Source: Acidimicrobiia bacterium
GTDB lineage: Bacteria; Actinomycetota; Acidimicrobiia; Spongiisociales; UBA11373
DNA length: 64,000 bases
Assembly (NCBI GenBank): GCA_041551965.1
Contig: JBFELU010000006.1
Location: forward strand, 201-64,200
Direction of reading: 5' to 3'
Part shown: positions 60,306-64,000 of the stretch, in pieces
Layout of the letters: each line of letters begins with the position of its first letter
Numbering within the stretch: the stretch's first letter is position 1
Program-made: the position numbers and the translations under genes
Notes under the pieces: generated by a model
Databases searched by the model: none
Seen by the model: only the letters and a program-made list of their open reading frames with translations
Told to the model about the DNA's origin: nothing

Positions 60306-61176
60306 GGCGCGCCAGGCGCGCCACCAGGTCGGCGATCAGCCCGATGGCCACGATCTGGAGCGACACGATGGTGAGGATGATCGCGTTGCTGGTGATGCGC
60401 AGATTCTTGTCGAAGGCGTCGTAGCCGACCTTGGCGGCGGCCATCACCAACAGGAGCATGCCCAGCGGGAGGAACACCCGCAGCGGATTGAACGTCATGA
60501 TCATCCGCACGACCTGCATGAAATAGTTGGCGGTGTCTCGGCGCCAATGGAACTTCGATTGGCCCGCTCTCGTGCGGTAGGAGATCGGGACGTATTTGAC
60601 GGGGTGGCCGCGGGACAGGAACGCCATCGAGATGGTGCTCACGCACGAAAACCCGTTGGGCAGCAGGTAGAGGTAGGGGAGCGCCACCTCCCGCCGAAAC
60701 GCCCGGAACCCGGTGTTGAGATCCGGAATCTTCTTGCGCACCAGATATGAGGCCAGTTTGCGGATGAACCATTTCGCCGGGACCCGGGCCCAGCGGTGGG
60801 TCCCCTCCTCGGTGCGGCGGGCTCCGATCACCTGGTCGTACCCGGGGGTCAACTCATCGACCAACTCGGCGATCCTGTCGTTCGGGTAGGACATGTCGGC
60901 GTCCGACCACACCACGATGTCGCCCCGGGCCGCTCTGGTCCCCCGCTTTCGGGCGTAACCCGATCCCTGGTTCTCGGCCACCTCGATCAGGGTGATGCCG
61001 CCGGTGGAGCGCAGGATCTCCGTCGATCCGTCCGTCGAGGCGTCGTCGACCACGATGATCTCGTAGGTGTAGGGGGAGTCGTCGAGACCCTTGCGGATGC
61101 GCGTGATCTCCTCCTCCAAGTGGCCCGCCTCGTTGTGGACGGGCAACACGACGCTGACGTCGACGGGATCGGGCAC
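60295..61176 (-). CDS. Glycosyltransferase family 2 (polyprenyl-phosphate glycosyltransferase-like)
   Basis: SVVLPVHNE, VVDDASTDGS, SDADMSY, DLNTGFR; two C-terminal TM helices. Confidence 0.9.
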   Translation of the reverse strand: MPDPVDVSVVLPVHNEAGHLEEEITRIRKGLDDSPYTYEIIVVDDASTDGSTEILRSTGGITLIEVAENQGSGYARKRGTRAARGDIVVWSDADMSYPNDRIAELVDELTPGYDQVIGARRTEEGTHRWARVPAKWFIRKLASYLVRKKIPDLNTGFRAFRREVALPYLYLLPNGFSCVSTISMAFLSRGHPVKYVPISYRTRAGQSKFHWRRDTANYFMQVVRMIMTFNPLRVFLPLGMLLLVMAAAKVGYDAFDKNLRITSNAIILTIVSLQIVAIGLIADLVARLARRDE

Positions 61177-61232
61177 GGCTTCCTCTCGGGTGGGTGCCGA
61201 CCAAAGAGTAGCGTCGGGTGGTCCCGGCCGGA

Positions 61233-62438
61233 TCAGAGAGTGGTTCTCGCTTCGATGCGTCGGGCCAGCCGGCGCAACGGCCGCCAACTCACCAGGACGA
61301 CCGCGGCGGCGAGACCGGCGATCGTGAAGGTGGTCCTCCCACCGAGACCGTCGGCCATTGCGCTCCCGAGGACCGGACCGAACGACTGGCCCAGCCGGAC
61401 CGCCATCACGAAGACCCCGACGATGGCACCGCGATGGGTGCCGGGCACCGCCGACGTGACGAAGTCCTGCAGGAGGGGGAACGAGAAGCCGAGGCCGAGA
61501 CCCATGGCCAGGAGGCCGACTGCGACGATAGCCAGAGCGGGGGCGGCGGCCAGCACCAGGAATCCGGTGACCGTGAGGCCGAGACCGAGCGTGAAGACCC
61601 GTGCCGGGCCGTGGCGTTCGGTGAGGCGAGAGGTGGTGAGCGATCCGACGGTGCTTCCCACCGACAGCACCGCCTGGATCAAACCCCGGGCAGAGGCGGG
61701 TGAGCCGAATTCGGCTTCGAGGTAGAGGGGGACGGTGGTGAAGCCGAGGCCGGCGAAGACCACCAGCGCGAAGGTGGAGAACGGTAGGAGTCCGGCGAAG
61801 TCGGCCAGTTTGCGACGGCGCCGCAACAGGTCGTAGGTCTCGGCGAGGTGGCGGAGTGGTGGCCCCGGGCCGACACCTTCCCGGGGCCCGGGGAGCTTTC
61901 GAGCCCACCACACGAGGGGGAGGGCGAGGCCGAACACGACGAAAGGGAGGAACGGGTCGACCTCGGCGAGGAAGCCACCGAGGATCGGAGACACCATGCC
62001 GGTCATCGTGAGCCCGGCGCTGTTGATGCCGAGGGCCCAGCGGCGCTCACTGCCCGCCGGGAAGAGGTCGCCGATGAGGATCACGCCCAGCGAGAGGATC
62101 CCGGAGGTGCCGATTCCCTGGGCGGCGCGAACGGCGACCAGGGGCCAGAACGATCGAGTGAAGAAGGCGGCGGTTCCGGCGGCGCCGAAGACCGCCAGGC
62201 TCGCCATCGCCACCGTTCTCCGGCCGAGCCGGTCGTAGACGTAGCCGATGAAGGCGGCCAGGAAGATCCCGGGGATCGCCACGGCGCCCTGGATCCATCC
62301 GATGGTGGCCCGCGACACCTCGAGTTCGTCGGCGATGTCGGGCAGCGCTGGGGTGATCAGCGAGAAGGTGAGCACCCCCAACCCGGTGATGGCGACTATC
62401 AGCGGGAGGTAGGACCGTGGCGACGATGGCTCGGACAC
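61233..62438 (-). CDS. MFS transporter
   Basis: PALPDIA, DRLGRR motif A, about 12 TM segments. Confidence 0.9.
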   Translation of the reverse strand: MSEPSSPRSYLPLIVAITGLGVLTFSLITPALPDIADELEVSRATIGWIQGAVAIPGIFLAAFIGYVYDRLGRRTVAMASLAVFGAAGTAAFFTRSFWPLVAVRAAQGIGTSGILSLGVILIGDLFPAGSERRWALGINSAGLTMTGMVSPILGGFLAEVDPFLPFVVFGLALPLVWWARKLPGPREGVGPGPPLRHLAETYDLLRRRRKLADFAGLLPFSTFALVVFAGLGFTTVPLYLEAEFGSPASARGLIQAVLSVGSTVGSLTTSRLTERHGPARVFTLGLGLTVTGFLVLAAAPALAIVAVGLLAMGLGLGFSFPLLQDFVTSAVPGTHRGAIVGVFVMAVRLGQSFGPVLGSAMADGLGGRTTFTIAGLAAAVVLVSWRPLRRLARRIEARTTL

Positions 62439-62518
62439 CGGGCCACGTTAGGGCCGGCGCGTGCCGGCCCTAACAAGGCGTCGGGTCTACCGAAGTGCCG
62501 CGCTGACTGCGGCGGTTC

Positions 62519-62905
62519 CTACTCCCAGAAGGCGTCGGCGGCGTATTGGTCGAGGAACGAGATCCAGGCCTCGGTGACCTTGCCGTCGGCGACGTGGAAC
62601 ACGATCACTTGCTGATACGTCTCGGTCTTGCCCTTGCGGGTCATGGTGACGTTGACGAGCGCTACGGCGTGGTCGTCGTCGGCGAGGACGGCGTGAACGT
62701 CCTGGTTGAACGACTCGACCTCGGACACGAACCGGCCGAAGTTGCCGAAGACGGCCTCCTTGCCCTCGAAGGTGCCGGCCATGAGGCTCTTGCCGGCCGA
62801 GCGCCACACGACGTCCTCGCTGAACAAGGCGTCCATGGCCGCCATGTCACCGGCGGCGAATGCGGCGAAGCCCTTGCGGACCAAATCGGTGTTGGGATGC
62901 GACAT
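62519..62905 (-). CDS. SnoaL-like / NTF2 family protein
   Basis: FAAGDM.A...LFSEDVVW, VFHVADGKVTEAW. Confidence 0.87.
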   Translation of the reverse strand: MSHPNTDLVRKGFAAFAAGDMAAMDALFSEDVVWRSAGKSLMAGTFEGKEAVFGNFGRFVSEVESFNQDVHAVLADDDHAVALVNVTMTRKGKTETYQQVIVFHVADGKVTEAWISFLDQYAADAFWE

Positions 62906-63120
62906 CCCTCACTCTCCTCTCCTTGGGCCCGCCGTTCGATTGCGGGCATCTCCTCCTGTTGAACATGGTTCAAGCTTGGGGGGACTGTAGGGGAGCGACG
63001 GGATTGTGCACAATCGCACTAAGTTCTCGGTGGCGACGGGAGGCAGCCACCAACGCGAAGCAGCAGGACCGGGTATGGGCGACGAACCGTCGTCTGCGCA
63101 GGCCGGGAGGTTCGAAGGTG

Positions 63121-63723
63121 CTAGTTGTCGTTCCCGCCGTGGCCGAAGTGATTGCCGGGGGGGTCGGACTGATGCCCGGGTGCGTTGCCCGAGTTGCCCG
63201 GCCGGTCGGTCGGATTCCCGGATTCGCCGTCCTGACTCGAGGCGTCGATCGGCTCGCTGCCCTTCTTGCCAAGCACCGATTTGGCGAACTGCCTCACGTA
63301 CCAACCGAAGGGCATCGTTCCCTCGAAGCCCTCTCGCATCGAATGCACGACGGCCGAGATCACGGTGCCGTGGGTGACCCGTCCGTTGGGGCCGGCGACG
63401 CTCACCGGCGTGCACCCGTCGGCCGGCTGGAGCGTGTCGTCCTCGGCGGGCTCGGTAGTCCCGTCCTCGGCGGGCTCGGTGGTCCCGTCCTCGGCGGGCT
63501 CGGTGGTCCCGTCGTCCTCGGGTGCCGCGGTGCAATCGAAGTCCTCTGGAATATCGGCAGGTGCGAAGAACCCGAAGACCAGCATCTGGGAGGTGTCGTC
63601 GTAGGTGTAGACCAACTGGGGAGCGTCACCGGCGGTTGGGGCTTTGGCGCCGGCTGAAGCCGGGAGCGCCAGCATGCCGAGGACGACCAGCGCGACGACG
63701 ACTCTGCGCAACAGCGGATTCAT
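63121..63723 (-). CDS. Secreted low-complexity protein with acidic octapeptide repeats
   Basis: Signal peptide (LALPASA), (EDGTTEPA)n flanked by two Cys, PGNSGNAPGH tail; AAAGGGA SD. Confidence 0.7.
   Translation of the reverse strand: MNPLLRRVVVALVVLGMLALPASAGAKAPTAGDAPQLVYTYDDTSQMLVFGFFAPADIPEDFDCTAAPEDDGTTEPAEDGTTEPAEDGTTEPAEDDTLQPADGCTPVSVAGPNGRVTHGTVISAVVHSMREGFEGTMPFGWYVRQFAKSVLGKKGSEPIDASSQDGESGNPTDRPGNSGNAPGHQSDPPGNHFGHGGNDN
63439..63510. repeat. Three tandem 24-bp repeats GTCCTCGGCGGGCTCGGT(A/G)GTCCC
   Basis: Units start at 63439, 63463 and 63487 with 1 mismatch in total; in-frame coding repeat. Confidence 0.95.
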
Positions 63724-63846
63724 GAGAGGTCCCTTTCTCTATACCGCACCTACTCGATCACCCTCGGCAAAAGGGCTCGGAATCTTGAATCGGGACGTAT
63801 CGCGCTGAATGAGCCCTCCGGGTGATGGCGGCGCCGGGCTCCCGGC

Positions 63847-64000
63847 TCAAGGGCCGATCTCGGGTGCGGGCAATGGTTCTGTCCAGGGCTCGCAGTTGGT
63901 CTTCTCGACTTGCCCGTTGCGGGTGACCACGACCAGGTAGTTGTTCGTCTCGTAGTCGCGGGTATCGACCACGGCCTCGATGACTTCGTCGGGGGCAAGA
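63847..64000 (-). pseudogene. Truncated gyrA-derived fragment (CTD segment) with an unrelated 3' tail; runs in from the right edge
   Basis: 63896-63999 (minus) aligns without gaps to gyrA 39768-39871 at 97/104 nt; translation [50 protein letters not shown]. Confidence 0.75.

Noticed and set aside
62959-62973. LexA SOS box
   Set aside because: The actinobacterial box is TCGAAC-N4-GTTCGA; this site has TTGAAC half-sites with a 3-nt spacer.
63439-63510. 24-bp repeats as a CRISPR array
   Set aside because: Head-to-tail with no spacers, in-frame within a CDS, and no cas genes.
63896-63999. gyrA repeat pair as a DGR template/variable repeat or as parC
   Set aside because: Mismatches are not adenine-specific (C/T, G/C and T/C are included) and there is no reverse transcriptase in the window. 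The 93% nucleotide identity and premature stop argue against parC.

Overview
High-GC actinobacterial chromosome segment, probably Acidimicrobiia-like (inferred from gene content and Thr-rich lipoproteins), spanning the replication origin. The core is the conserved block sigM/anti-sigma-trxB-trxA-cwlM-parB-parA-rsmG-(parS)-jag-yidC-yidD-rnpA-rpmH-(DnaA boxes)-dnaA-(DUE)-dnaN-recF-dciA-gyrB-gyrA-DUF3566. To the left are a large DUF11/SdrD-B surface protein (partial), a coupled metallopeptidase-atuA-cis-prenyltransferase operon, two ABC exporters, arsM, a CCA-adding enzyme, a pilT/U-like ATPase and a divergent HDAC/GNAT pair. To the right are a cobalamin riboswitch with btuFCD, VIT1, ppk2, malQ, an M23 peptidase, surE, and a cluster of three sulfotransferases with GT2/GT4/GT-C enzymes. 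No mobile element, CRISPR array, rRNA or tRNA was found. The most unusual observations are: a 93%-identical, inverted, truncated copy of part of gyrA at the right edge; a heavily substituted GyrA quinolone-binding helix; a His-for-Asn P-loop cis-prenyltransferase coupled to AtuA; a hairpin-bridged or switchable ribosome-binding site on trxA; a putative sulfated-glycan pathway; and a probable CTG start. All family assignments come from motif recognition by eye; no database searches were run. Start codons were adjusted manually.
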